This document shows, in pieces, positions 18,621-27,368 of a stretch of 64,000 nucleotides of DNA (its first letter is position 1; each line of letters begins with the position of its first letter). Where the stretch lies: the NCBI GenBank assembly GCA_903825315.1, contig CAIKAD010000001.1, positions 265,483 through 329,482 of the forward strand, read 5' to 3'. A program made the translations under genes and the position numbers. The DNA is from an uncultured Candidatus Peregrinibacteria bacterium. GTDB taxonomy: Bacteria; Patescibacteriota; Gracilibacteria; Peribacterales; Peribacteraceae. Under the pieces are notes generated by a model. The model did not search any database, had not been told where the DNA came from, and was given only the letters and a program-made list of their open reading frames with translations.

Positions 18621-18698
18621 TGGTGCGCCCGGCAGGATTTGAACCTACGACTTCCAGGTCCGCAACCTGGCGTTCTATCCGGGCTGAACTACGGGCGC
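18621..18698 (-). tRNA. tRNA-Arg (GCG)
   Basis: GCGCCCGTAGTTCAG...CCAGG-TT-GCG-GA-CCTGG...GGTTCAAATCC...CGGGCGCACCA. Confidence 0.93.
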
Positions 18699-18876
18699 AC
18701 GAGAGAGGAGAAAAAGATCGGGAGAACCCGTAGCAGGGACAGCCCGGAGGGCTGCCTGTCCCGCCGAAGCCCGAAGGGCAAAGGGGGAAACTACGGGCGC
18801 ACGAGAGAAAGGAGCGGCGTTCGCTGAGAGTAGCGTAGCATTGACCGCTTACCGAGACAATGCGTCGAAAGCCAAA

Positions 18877-19476
18877 TTATTGGCCTAAAACCGCTTCTAC
18901 TTCCTTCAGCGTCTCTTCCAGCTTCCCCTCCCTGTTGAGGACCTGTGCCGTGCACAGTGGCGCAATGGAGAGCTCCCGGTCCATGCTCGCGATGCGGCGG
19001 GCGAGCTCTTCCTCCGACATCGGCGCGCGGTTCTTGATGCGTGTGATCAATTGGTCGCGGCTCTCCGGAAGGATGAAGATGGAAACGAGGGTGTACGGTG
19101 TGGGCACGCCCGAGAAGAGGGGATTGATACGGATGCTCTGGAACCCCTGAACGTCCACTTCGCGGATGACGGTTCTGCCCTCGCGGATGGCGGGGAGAAT
19201 TTCGTCCTTGAGCGTTCCGTATCGCGCTCCGCCGTGCACCGTGGCCGTCTCGATAAAAGCGTCCTTCTTGAGGAATGCGTCAAACTCCTCTTCACTCAAA
19301 AAGCGATAGAGGTCTCCGCCCTCGCCCTGTCGCCGCGGCCGCGTGGTGGCGGATTTAGGAAAAGCCAGTTCAGGATGTCTCCTGCGCAATTCCTGCAAAA
19401 TCACGCTCTTCCCCACGCCGCTTGGACCGATAATAAGAACCAATTTTCCGGAAGACGGGGCAGGGGAACTGAGCAT
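18877..19476 (-). CDS. gmk: Guanylate kinase
   Basis: GPSGVGKS, SATTRPRR, YGT, EVDVQG. Confidence 0.95.
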   Translation of the reverse strand: MLSSPAPSSGKLVLIIGPSGVGKSVILQELRRRHPELAFPKSATTRPRRQGEGGDLYRFLSEEEFDAFLKKDAFIETATVHGGARYGTLKDEILPAIREGRTVIREVDVQGFQSIRINPLFSGVPTPYTLVSIFILPESRDQLITRIKNRAPMSEEELARRIASMDRELSIAPLCTAQVLNREGKLEETLKEVEAVLGQ

Positions 19477-19568
19477 GGGGGAATGCTACAGGAAGGCCAA
19501 AGGAAGGGACAAATCGGACACTATTCATGATTTATAATTAGTGGTATAATAGTAATTGAACACAAACA

Positions 19569-20726
19569 ATGAAAGTAAGTCCCGGAACCACAGGCTGGAA
19601 TGCGGGCGAACGGCGGCTCCTCTTTATGGAGAAACGGGATGCGGAACAAGTTTTGGACAACGTGGGCAAGCCCCGCGTTGCGCTGCCGTCGGTGGAGAAC
19701 AATGTGCAGGAACTTTTTAGGAAGATGGAAGGGAAACTGGGAAACATCGGCATTCTCCGGTCTATCGTGTCCGGGGGTGCCAACCGCGCCCGCGACCTAA
19801 GGGTCGAGTCTGTTCTCGATGAAGCAGCCCAGCGCGAGATAGAAACGAGGACCAATGCGGCGGTATCGTGGATCGGTGGTTTTGTGAAGCGGCGCAAGTA
19901 TCGCGAGTACGTCGCGCTCCGGCACGCGGTCAAAGAACGGATGCGTGCGGAGGTGGAGGAGTTCGTGCGGGCAAGGCAAGAGCGCCTGGAGTCGCTTGCG
20001 TTCGCGGCTGGGGTGGCGGCCAAACTTCGCAATGTCACGAGCTTTGTCTCCGCCAAAGGCAGCGAGGCAAACCTGCAGCTGGCGCTCGGCCGGGTGCGTG
20101 TTCGCCTGCAGGAGAAGCGGCAGAAGGACGAGAAAATGGGGATGGAAATTCCAGAGGAATGGCAGGAGGCAGCGCGGTCCGAAGCCATCCTCCGCCGGGA
20201 ACTGCTCCGCTTCGGGGTCCTCGATCCCCGTAACTTGGAGGCATTCCTCCAGGGGAATGCGGATGGAAGGAAAGACCTCATTAATCACATTAAAGCCCAT
20301 CCGTTTCTCGATCCTGATGATCCTCCCCCACAGCGGTCCCATGAGCAGGAGAGGGCTCTCTGCTTGCAGATCGCCCGCAAGCTGCAAACCGGTTTCTGGA
20401 GCCGTGCCTCTACCGGCTACCGCAATCTCCGGCTCACCGCGCAGAGCGGTAACGCCCTTCCGCTTTCCAGGCGATTGCAGGCGTTATCGGAGAGAGGGGA
20501 TGCAGTCGGTTCCGTCGTAGAGTTTACCTGTCCCGGTATTGGCGTTGTGCAGGCGTTCGTGGTGGCGCGAGATGCGCAGTTCCCGGAGGCGCTCATTCTC
20601 CGCGGCGGAGGCTCGGCGCACTACGTATTGGATACCAAGACCGGACGGCTCACGTACCGGGACGCCGTCGGAGCGTACAAGCATTTCCTTCTCACCGAGA
20701 GCACCTTCTCCTTCCTTGCCTCCTGA
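19569..20726 (+). CDS. Hypothetical protein with N-terminal GERRLLF motif
   Basis: 385-aa ORF after an AT-rich promoter containing TGGTATAAT. Confidence 0.7.
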   Translation: MKVSPGTTGWNAGERRLLFMEKRDAEQVLDNVGKPRVALPSVENNVQELFRKMEGKLGNIGILRSIVSGGANRARDLRVESVLDEAAQREIETRTNAAVSWIGGFVKRRKYREYVALRHAVKERMRAEVEEFVRARQERLESLAFAAGVAAKLRNVTSFVSAKGSEANLQLALGRVRVRLQEKRQKDEKMGMEIPEEWQEAARSEAILRRELLRFGVLDPRNLEAFLQGNADGRKDLINHIKAHPFLDPDDPPPQRSHEQERALCLQIARKLQTGFWSRASTGYRNLRLTAQSGNALPLSRRLQALSERGDAVGSVVEFTCPGIGVVQAFVVARDAQFPEALILRGGGSAHYVLDTKTGRLTYRDAVGAYKHFLLTESTFSFLAS

Positions 20727-20728
20727 CC

Positions 20729-21169
20729 ATGGCTCAGACAAATGTCACGATCGGCGAAGTGCTTAAGGCCATTGAAGTCCTGCCTCTTGCCCGGCAGGAG
20801 GAAGTGATTACGACAATCCAGAAGCAAGGTGGCATCACCCCGGAGTACGCGCAGAAGATCGCTGAACTGTTGGAGAATCAGGTACAGGAGGAAGCGGGAT
20901 CCGCGCAAGAATTGGAGGAAGAACGTCGGCTTCTTCGGGAGGCGGCTGGAGACCTTGCGCGTGGTCGCAGGGACGAACAATTGCCTGCTGAAACCCCGGC
21001 TGAGAGCGAAGAGGAGATCCAATTGCAGCAGGAGGCGTACGAAGAGTGGTTCGCCGGTGTGCAGGACATAGAACGGCAGGCTGCCAGGCGGGCGGAAGGG
21101 GCAAAGAGGACCGGTGAAGAAGAGGAAATGGCGCGGTTACGGAATATGCTCAAGGGCGAACAGGCATAG
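20729..21169 (+). CDS. Small acidic helical hypothetical protein
   Basis: 146 aa, E/Q/A-rich, starts 2 nt after the upstream stop. Confidence 0.7.
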   Translation: MAQTNVTIGEVLKAIEVLPLARQEEVITTIQKQGGITPEYAQKIAELLENQVQEEAGSAQELEEERRLLREAAGDLARGRRDEQLPAETPAESEEEIQLQQEAYEEWFAGVQDIERQAARRAEGAKRTGEEEEMARLRNMLKGEQA

Positions 21170-21200
21170 GTTTACCTCAACAGAAAGGGCTCAAACCGAA

Positions 21201-21229
21201 TTGCAGAATACTGTTAAATTTGGTATACT
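21201..21229 (+). promoter_or_regulatory. Sigma-70 promoter
   Basis: TTGCAG-17 nt-TATACT with extended TG. Confidence 0.7.
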
Positions 21230-21235
21230 TTACAG

Positions 21236-21676
21236 ATTTGCTCTTTGAAAACTCACTACCCTTGCCCTGCACCTGAGCGAAGCGAATGGTACAGGGCTGG
21301 CAGGGAGAGTGGAGAGGCGACGGAATCCGCCCTCGCTTCTGCACCCTCCCTGCCTCCTCCGCGGCATCTCGACTACCGCGATCCCGAGGCTCCCTCACTG
21401 AGGGACTCTCTCGCTCTCTCTCCACTGAGAGAAAGCACACAAACACAAACGTCCTGCTCCCGGGACAATGGGAGGTCGGTCCCGAACCATCGGGCGCCAC
21501 ATACACACACACGAGCCGCACACTCTCCAAAGTGCGAAGGGTAGGGAGTATGCAGCGACAGTCGCGCTGCACACTGCTCACCTCTTGCAGACCTTTACGG
21601 TCGCGAGGTGTGCGACAAGCCCCGTATCATTCTGTTCTTCCGGTCCTTGAGGGAGAGTAGGGTGATACGGGGCTTT
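21236..21676 (+). ncRNA. Candidate large structured non-coding RNA of unknown family
   Basis: Promoter, boxA-like tgctctttgaaaac, about 10 hairpins with G-U pairs on +, long-range stem 21252-21263/21537-21548, terminal hairpin; no credible ORF. Confidence 0.65.
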
Positions 21677-21680
21677 ATTA

Positions 21681-21792
21681 AGGATGCAGAGGAAACAGAA
21701 GATGCAGAAGAAGCAGAAGAGAAACTGCTCAATGAGTTCTTGAGCGACAGTTCCTCTGCATCCTCTGAAACCTCTGCATCTTCTGTATCCTT
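21681..21792. repeat. 9-mer periodic inverted repeat (GATGCAGAA family)
   Basis: aggatgcagaggaaacagaagatgcagaaga ... tcctctgcatcctctgaaacctctgcatcttctgtatcct. Confidence 0.8.
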
Positions 21793-21830
21793 CCCTTCCC
21801 GAAGGAAATCACTTCCAGTACTCTTTAACC

Positions 21831-22823
21831 ATGCCCCGAGCCAAAGTTGCCATTCTCTACGTTGGCGGGTCCATCGGAATGGTTGTGAACAACAAGACGG
21901 GACGCATTGAGCCGATGGAGTCGCTCAGCCTTATCCATCGCGCTATTCCGGAGATGCAGCGCGAGGTGTCGCTGCAGTTCTATTCATTGGAGAACATCGG
22001 GTCGTCGGAAGTGACGCCGGAGCACTGGGTGGATATTGCGGAGAAGATCCGGGAGATCTACAACCACTTCGACGGCTTTGTAGTGATCCACGGGACCAAC
22101 ACCATGTCCTACACGGCGGCGGCGCTCAGTTTTGCGCTGCAGAACCTTAGCAAGCCCGTGGTGTGTACCGGAGCGCTTTTGCCCATCAACGAACTCGCGG
22201 GCGACGGCCGCATGAATCTCATCTTTGCCATCCGCGCGGCCCAATTGGACCTTGCCGAGGTGTGCGTCAGCTTGGGGCCCAAAGTACTCCGTGGCACGCG
22301 CGCCAAGAAGGTGGAGGATTCGCTCATGCAGACGTTCGATAGTCCGCGCTTTCCCGCATTGGCGGACTTTAGTACCGGTGTGCACCTGCATCCGTGGCGG
22401 CTGGTGCGGCGCAAGCGCACACTCCTTTGCCGGCCGACGTTCGATACCAATGTTATTGTGGTCACGCTCACGCCGGGTATTTCCGATGCCTATCTCCATG
22501 CCGTCCTCGCTGCCAAACCGCACGGCATCGTCCTGCGCGCCTACGGGCCCGGCATGCTGCCGGAGCGGCTCTTCCCGTGGCTGCGGGAGGTTAAACATGC
22601 CGGCATTCCCGTGGTGATCATCTCGCAAACCTTGCGCGGAGCGATTGATCTCCACCGCTTCCGCAAGCAGCTCACCTTGGAGGAATTGGGCATCATCTCC
22701 GGCAAAAACATGAGCTTCGAATGCGCTACTGCCAAACTGATGTGGGCCTTGAAACAGGCGAAGACACCATTGCGTTTGAGGGAATTGATGGAGAGGAGTT
22801 TGGTGGGGGAGCTGGATGAATGA
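21831..22823 (+). CDS. ansA: Type I L-asparaginase family protein
   Basis: ILYVGGSIGM (canonical TGGTI), GFVVIHGTNTMSYTA, KPVVCTG. Confidence 0.85.
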   Translation: MPRAKVAILYVGGSIGMVVNNKTGRIEPMESLSLIHRAIPEMQREVSLQFYSLENIGSSEVTPEHWVDIAEKIREIYNHFDGFVVIHGTNTMSYTAAALSFALQNLSKPVVCTGALLPINELAGDGRMNLIFAIRAAQLDLAEVCVSLGPKVLRGTRAKKVEDSLMQTFDSPRFPALADFSTGVHLHPWRLVRRKRTLLCRPTFDTNVIVVTLTPGISDAYLHAVLAAKPHGIVLRAYGPGMLPERLFPWLREVKHAGIPVVIISQTLRGAIDLHRFRKQLTLEELGIISGKNMSFECATAKLMWALKQAKTPLRLRELMERSLVGELDE

Positions 22824-22947
22824 ACCAATTCTTCAAAATCCTCAATGACCCTCCTTCGTCCGCCTCGGTGGACTACGGATGGGCAGGCCAAAGACGAACT
22901 TCGGTCGAGGCGTTTTGGTTTTTTGGAACATTGGTTCATTGGTCATT
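22819..22947. repeat. Gene-less AATGACCAA inverted-repeat element with nested REP-like insert
   Basis: caatgacc[ctccttcgtccgcctcggtggactacggatgggcagg]ccaaa ... ttggttcattggtcatt. Confidence 0.65.
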
Positions 22948-23113
22948 TCTCGGATTCATCATCTTCCTCCTCCCGTTCCCTCTCTTTGTTTTCGAGCAGC
23001 TTGGCACCGATAATGGAGGTGATGGCGCCGCCGATCACAAGGCCTACCACAACACGCCGGGCAAGATGCCCTTTCTTCTTGTCCTCTTTTTCATGGCGGC
23101 GGAAAGGCCACAT
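22943..23113 (-). CDS. 56-aa single-TM small protein (below ORF-track cut-off)
   Basis: MWPFRRHEKEDKKKGHLARRVVVGLVIGGAITSIIGAKLLENKEREREEEDDESEK; TACAAT 8 nt upstream. Confidence 0.65.
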   Translation of the reverse strand: MWPFRRHEKEDKKKGHLARRVVVGLVIGGAITSIIGAKLLENKEREREEEDDESEK

Positions 23114-23169
23114 ATGTCTCTATTGTAGCAGAAGTTGGATGGGATGTTGTCTGCGAAAGTTTGGAGTGT

Positions 23170-23242
23170 AATGATCAATTCTCCAACATCCCAATGACCA
23201 AAGATGATCCACAACAGGGATGTATTTTGATCATTGGTCATT
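23170..23242. repeat. Gene-less AATGACCAA inverted-repeat element
   Basis: aatgatcaattctccaacatcccaatgaccaaa ... ttttgatcattggtcatt. Confidence 0.7.
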
Positions 23243-24619
23243 CCATAGTACTTCCGGATACGTCTTCAAATGTCCAAGGATGATATCCTCCACCTCCTTG
23301 AGCTTTTCCGGTGATCGCGCTTCGACGCAGATCGAAAGTTTGGGAGCAGTGTTACTCTGTCGGATACCGGCCCACGCACCCTGCCCGAAGTCGATGCGCG
23401 CGCCGTCCAGTGTGATCACAGGGTACGACGCCGCAAAATGATCCGTAACGCTCCGGACAATGGCGGCCTTACGGTCGTCGGGGCAGAAAGGACGACGTTC
23501 GGGAGCCTGGTAGACGGCGGGGAAGGCGGAGAGGATTTTGGTGAGCGGCTTGCCCTTGGTCTTTACGATCTGGACAAACCGCAGGGCGGCAACCAGAGCG
23601 TCGTCAAAGCCAAAGTAGCCTTCGGCCGGAAAGAAGTGGCCCGATTGTTCGCCGCCCAGGAGCGCGTCGTTCTCGCGCATTGCGTGTTCCACGTAGGAAT
23701 GTCCAACTTTGCACATCACGGGAAGGCCGCCGAGCCTTTTGATCTCCGTCTCCAAAATTCCGGAATTGCTGACGGTAAAGACGACGGTTGCCTCCGGCTC
23801 GCGTGTGAGCAGATCTTCCGCGAGCAGGAGCAGGACTTCGTCGGGAGTCCGGATTGTGCCCTTCTCGTCCACGAGCCCTAAACGGTCCCCGTCGCCGTCG
23901 AACGCCAGGCCCAGATGGGCACCGGTCTCCGTCACCTTTGCCTGAAGGTCCTTGAGCGTGCTGTGCTGACTGGGATCCGCTGCGTGGTTGGGGAACCTGC
24001 CGTCCGGTTCCGTGTACAGACCGATGACGTCGGCGCCTGCACGCTGTAATCCTTCCATGTACACCGGCCCTGCGATGCCATTGCCTGTATCCACCACGAC
24101 CTTCAATCCCTTCGCCGCTCCGCCGAACATCTCTTCCAGAAACGCAAGGTACGGCGCCACGGCATCGATGTCCTCCAGGGAGCCTTCGCCTGTCACAACA
24201 TTCCCCGCTTCGATGCGGCGAAGGAGGTCCTGCAGATCCTCACCGCTGTACGCTTCGGCGTCACGTACCTGCAGCTTGATGCCGTTATCTTCCTTAGGGT
24301 TGTGGCTTGCGGTGATTTGTATGCCCCCGTCGAGTTCCTGCGTGCAGATAGTGAAGTAATTGAGTGGGCTGGGCGTTTGTCCCATCACGAGGGTGTGGCA
24401 TCCTGCGTTCAGGAGGCCTTCGATCATCGCCTCCGCCAGCTCCGGACTGTGTGTCCGCGCGTCCCATCCCACCACCACTTTCGGACGGTCGATCTGGTAT
24501 TTTTCGCGGAGGACAGTTCCAAACGCCTGTCCGATTACGCGGCAGATGTCCGGCGTGATGTCCGTTCCTGCCTTGCCGCGGATGTCGTACGCTCGAAAAA
24601 TATGGGGGTTGATGACCAT
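23231..24619 (-). CDS. Phosphomannomutase/phosphoglucomutase
   Basis: IFRAYDIRG, TASHNP, DGDGDR, GEQSGH. Confidence 0.95.
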   Translation of the reverse strand: MVINPHIFRAYDIRGKAGTDITPDICRVIGQAFGTVLREKYQIDRPKVVVGWDARTHSPELAEAMIEGLLNAGCHTLVMGQTPSPLNYFTICTQELDGGIQITASHNPKEDNGIKLQVRDAEAYSGEDLQDLLRRIEAGNVVTGEGSLEDIDAVAPYLAFLEEMFGGAAKGLKVVVDTGNGIAGPVYMEGLQRAGADVIGLYTEPDGRFPNHAADPSQHSTLKDLQAKVTETGAHLGLAFDGDGDRLGLVDEKGTIRTPDEVLLLLAEDLLTREPEATVVFTVSNSGILETEIKRLGGLPVMCKVGHSYVEHAMRENDALLGGEQSGHFFPAEGYFGFDDALVAALRFVQIVKTKGKPLTKILSAFPAVYQAPERRPFCPDDRKAAIVRSVTDHFAASYPVITLDGARIDFGQGAWAGIRQSNTAPKLSICVEARSPEKLKEVEDIILGHLKTYPEVLWNDQ

Positions 24620-24744
24620 GCGTGAAGCTTAGCGCAGCGCGGAAGAAGTGTCCCGTTCCTTTGCTGGAGATGTGAAAAATTACCGAAAGAGAGAACTAGT
24701 CAATAATTAACAAATATGATATAATAATACTAAAGACCCACACC

Positions 24745-26409
24745 ATGCCTTCACATCTCTCCGTCGCATACTTCACGATGGAAATCGGGCTGGAGAGCGC
24801 CATTCCCACGTACGCGGGCGGGCTCGGCATGCTCGCGGCGGACCTTATGCGGTCGTGCGCGGACACGAAGGTTAATGCCGCGTGTGTCACGGGGTGCTGG
24901 CGGTACGGGTACCTTCACCAGGAACTTCATCCGGACGGAACGCAGAGTTACAGCGAGGTGCCGTGGAAGCCGGAGGACCATCTCACCAGGAGGCCCGAAA
25001 CGGTGACGGTGCAGGTAGAGGGAAGGACGGTGAACGTCGGGTGTTGGGAACTTCAGCTCAAGGGGAGGCATGGGACGATTCCTCTGTATTTTCTGGATAC
25101 GAACCTGCCGGAGAACAGCACGGCCGATCGGGATATTACCAAGAGCCTCTACGGCGGAGACAACGCCATGCGGATAAGGCAGGAGATCGTTCTCGGTATA
25201 GGCGGCGTGCGGATGTTGCGTGCGCTCGGCTATTCCACCATCGATAATTTCCATCTCAATGAGGGGCATTGCGCGTTCCTCACGCTGGAGCTGTTGCGTG
25301 AGCGGGGTTTTCAAGACGAAGCAGTGCGTCCTTCCTGCACGTTCACCACGCACACGCCTGTGCAGGCGGGGCATGACCGCTTTCCCTACGATCTTGCGTG
25401 GCGCATCGCGGGGGACCAGCTGCCCTGGCACATCAAGAAGCTCGCGGGAGACGATGTCCTCTCCATGACGCGGCTGGCCATGTCCCTCAGCCACAAAACG
25501 CTCGGTGTCTCCCGCATTCATGCCGCCGTATCCCGCCAGTTACTCGGCGATCCGGCCGTCGACTACATCACGAACGGCATCCACCACCTTCAGTGGGCGA
25601 GTGCGGAGATGCAGGCGCTTTTCGACAAGCGCATTCCCGGCTGGCGCGGGCACCCGGCACTCCTCGCGGCGCATTGCCGTGATCTGGCGGACGAAGAACT
25701 CTGGGCAGCGCATCAGGCCGGCAAGGTCCGGCTGATTGAGGCGGTGAATGCGCAGAGTGGCGCCCGCTTTCTCAATGACCGCCTCACCATCGTCAGTGCG
25801 CGGCGCATCGTGCCCTACAAGCGTCCCGAGCTTCTCTACGAAAACATTGACCGCCTGCGCGAGGTTGCCAAGGGCAAACTCCAGATCATCCACGCCGGAA
25901 ATGCGCACCCGCACGATCCTTTTTCGCAGGACGTCATCCGTCACATTATCGAGCGCTCACGAGAGCTCAAGGGCGCAGTGGACATCGCCTACCTTCCCAA
26001 CTACAACCCGGACCTTGCGCGATTGCTCGTGGCGGGAGCGGACGTGTGGCTCAATACGCCAACGCGTCTCCACGAGGCGTCCGGCACGTCCGGCATGAAG
26101 GCGTGCCTCAATGGCGCGCTCAACCTTTCCACGCTCGACGGGTGGTGGGCGGAAGGCTACGAGATAGACCCCGAAGCCGGTTGGAGAATCGGGCCGCTTG
26201 TGGAGACGCTCAGCGACGATGACACGCGCAAGGCGGATGCCGAGGATCTCTACACGCAGATCCAGTACGAAGTGATACCGGAGTATGAGTATCCCGGCCG
26301 CGCCCGCTGGATACGCCGCATGAAGCGGGCCATCGGCCTCATTGGCACGTTTTCGTCACAGCGGGCAGTGGAGGAGTATGTGGCAAAGGCGTGGATGAAC
26401 CGGGAGTAG
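24745..26409 (+). CDS. glgP: Alpha-glucan phosphorylase
   Basis: YAGGLGMLA, HLNEGH, FTTHTPVQAGHD, EASGTSGMKA, LDGWW. Confidence 0.93.
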   Translation: MPSHLSVAYFTMEIGLESAIPTYAGGLGMLAADLMRSCADTKVNAACVTGCWRYGYLHQELHPDGTQSYSEVPWKPEDHLTRRPETVTVQVEGRTVNVGCWELQLKGRHGTIPLYFLDTNLPENSTADRDITKSLYGGDNAMRIRQEIVLGIGGVRMLRALGYSTIDNFHLNEGHCAFLTLELLRERGFQDEAVRPSCTFTTHTPVQAGHDRFPYDLAWRIAGDQLPWHIKKLAGDDVLSMTRLAMSLSHKTLGVSRIHAAVSRQLLGDPAVDYITNGIHHLQWASAEMQALFDKRIPGWRGHPALLAAHCRDLADEELWAAHQAGKVRLIEAVNAQSGARFLNDRLTIVSARRIVPYKRPELLYENIDRLREVAKGKLQIIHAGNAHPHDPFSQDVIRHIIERSRELKGAVDIAYLPNYNPDLARLLVAGADVWLNTPTRLHEASGTSGMKACLNGALNLSTLDGWWAEGYEIDPEAGWRIGPLVETLSDDDTRKADAEDLYTQIQYEVIPEYEYPGRARWIRRMKRAIGLIGTFSSQRAVEEYVAKAWMNRE

Positions 26410-26423
26410 ATGTTGGTGAGTAT

Positions 26424-26518
26424 GGGAATAACGGAATAATAGAATAAGCGAGTAACAGGGGGCAGAGCGCAGGACTTTCTCCTGTTATTCCGTTATTCTC
26501 TTATTCTGTTACTCCTCC
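26424..26518. repeat. 8-mer periodic inverted repeat
   Basis: ggaataacggaataatagaataagcgagtaacagg ... cctgttattccgttattctcttattctgttactcc. Confidence 0.75.
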
Positions 26519-26522
26519 CCAG

Positions 26523-27365
26523 ATGTATCTTCAGCTTCCATCCAAGGACCGTACGACAATCATCGGTGTCCTCAATGTAACGCCGGATTCCTATGTTCCT
26601 GAGAGCCGCGCATCGACAATTGCGGAAGCAGTTGCGCGTGCGGGAGCGATGATAGGGGAGGGCGCGGATATCATTGAGATCGGCGGCGAGTCCACGGGAC
26701 CGGGGTCGCAAGATGTCTCTGTGGATGAAGAACGCCGGCGCGTTCTTTCCGTTATTCAGGCCATCAGAAAAGCATATCCCGATGCCGTCCTTTCCCTGGA
26801 TACCTACAAGGCAGCCGTTGCACGTGAGGCGTTGCAGGAAGGGGTGAGCATGATCAACGATGTAACAGCGGGAAGAGGGGATCCGGAACTGTTCGGCGTC
26901 GTGGCTCAGGCAGGAGCGACCCTGGTCCTGATGTACGCCAAGGATGCCACAGCGCGTACGACGGTGCGGGATGATCAGTACGATGATGTGGTGAAGGTCA
27001 TCAAAGAATTCCTGCGGGACCGTAAGGAAGCGGCGGTGGCTGCAGGCATTGATCCTGCGACAATCATCCTCGATCCGGGATTGGGTCATTTTGTCTCGAG
27101 CGATCCCCGTTACTCCTTTGCCATCATCGCCCGGCTCCGGGAGTTCGACGATCTCGGGTGCCCGTTGCTCCTCAGTCCCTCCCGCAAGTCCTTTCTTGCC
27201 GGCGCGGAACAGCTTCCCGTCCAGGATCGTTTGCCGGGCACTCTCGCGGCAAGTGCCATTGCCATCCTCAATGGTGCCCGTGCGATTCGCACCCATGATG
27301 TCCGGCAAACGAAGCGCGTCGCGGAAATCGCGGAGCGCATTCTTTACGGGGGAGAAGGAGAATGA
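26523..27365 (+). CDS. folP: Dihydropteroate synthase
   Basis: GVLNVTPDS, IGGEST, INDV, LDPGLG, SRKSFL, IRTHDV. Confidence 0.95.
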   Translation: MYLQLPSKDRTTIIGVLNVTPDSYVPESRASTIAEAVARAGAMIGEGADIIEIGGESTGPGSQDVSVDEERRRVLSVIQAIRKAYPDAVLSLDTYKAAVAREALQEGVSMINDVTAGRGDPELFGVVAQAGATLVLMYAKDATARTTVRDDQYDDVVKVIKEFLRDRKEAAVAAGIDPATIILDPGLGHFVSSDPRYSFAIIARLREFDDLGCPLLLSPSRKSFLAGAEQLPVQDRLPGTLAASAIAILNGARAIRTHDVRQTKRVAEIAERILYGGEGE

Positions 27366-27368
27366 TCG

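Noticed and set aside
18378-18810. Prophage or integrative element at the tRNAs
   Set aside because: No integrase and no distant 3' tRNA duplication; flanks are purE and gmk
21177-21660. ORFs of 99-134 aa across the structured region
   Set aside because: Low-complexity S/R/P/T-rich translations on both strands with no plausible start context; dense pairing explains the sequence better
21236-21676. Identification as tmRNA, RNase P RNA, SRP RNA or a group I/II intron
   Set aside because: No tRNA-like ends or T-arm, no GAGGAAAGUCC, no SRP loop motif, no intron domain V or P7 recognised
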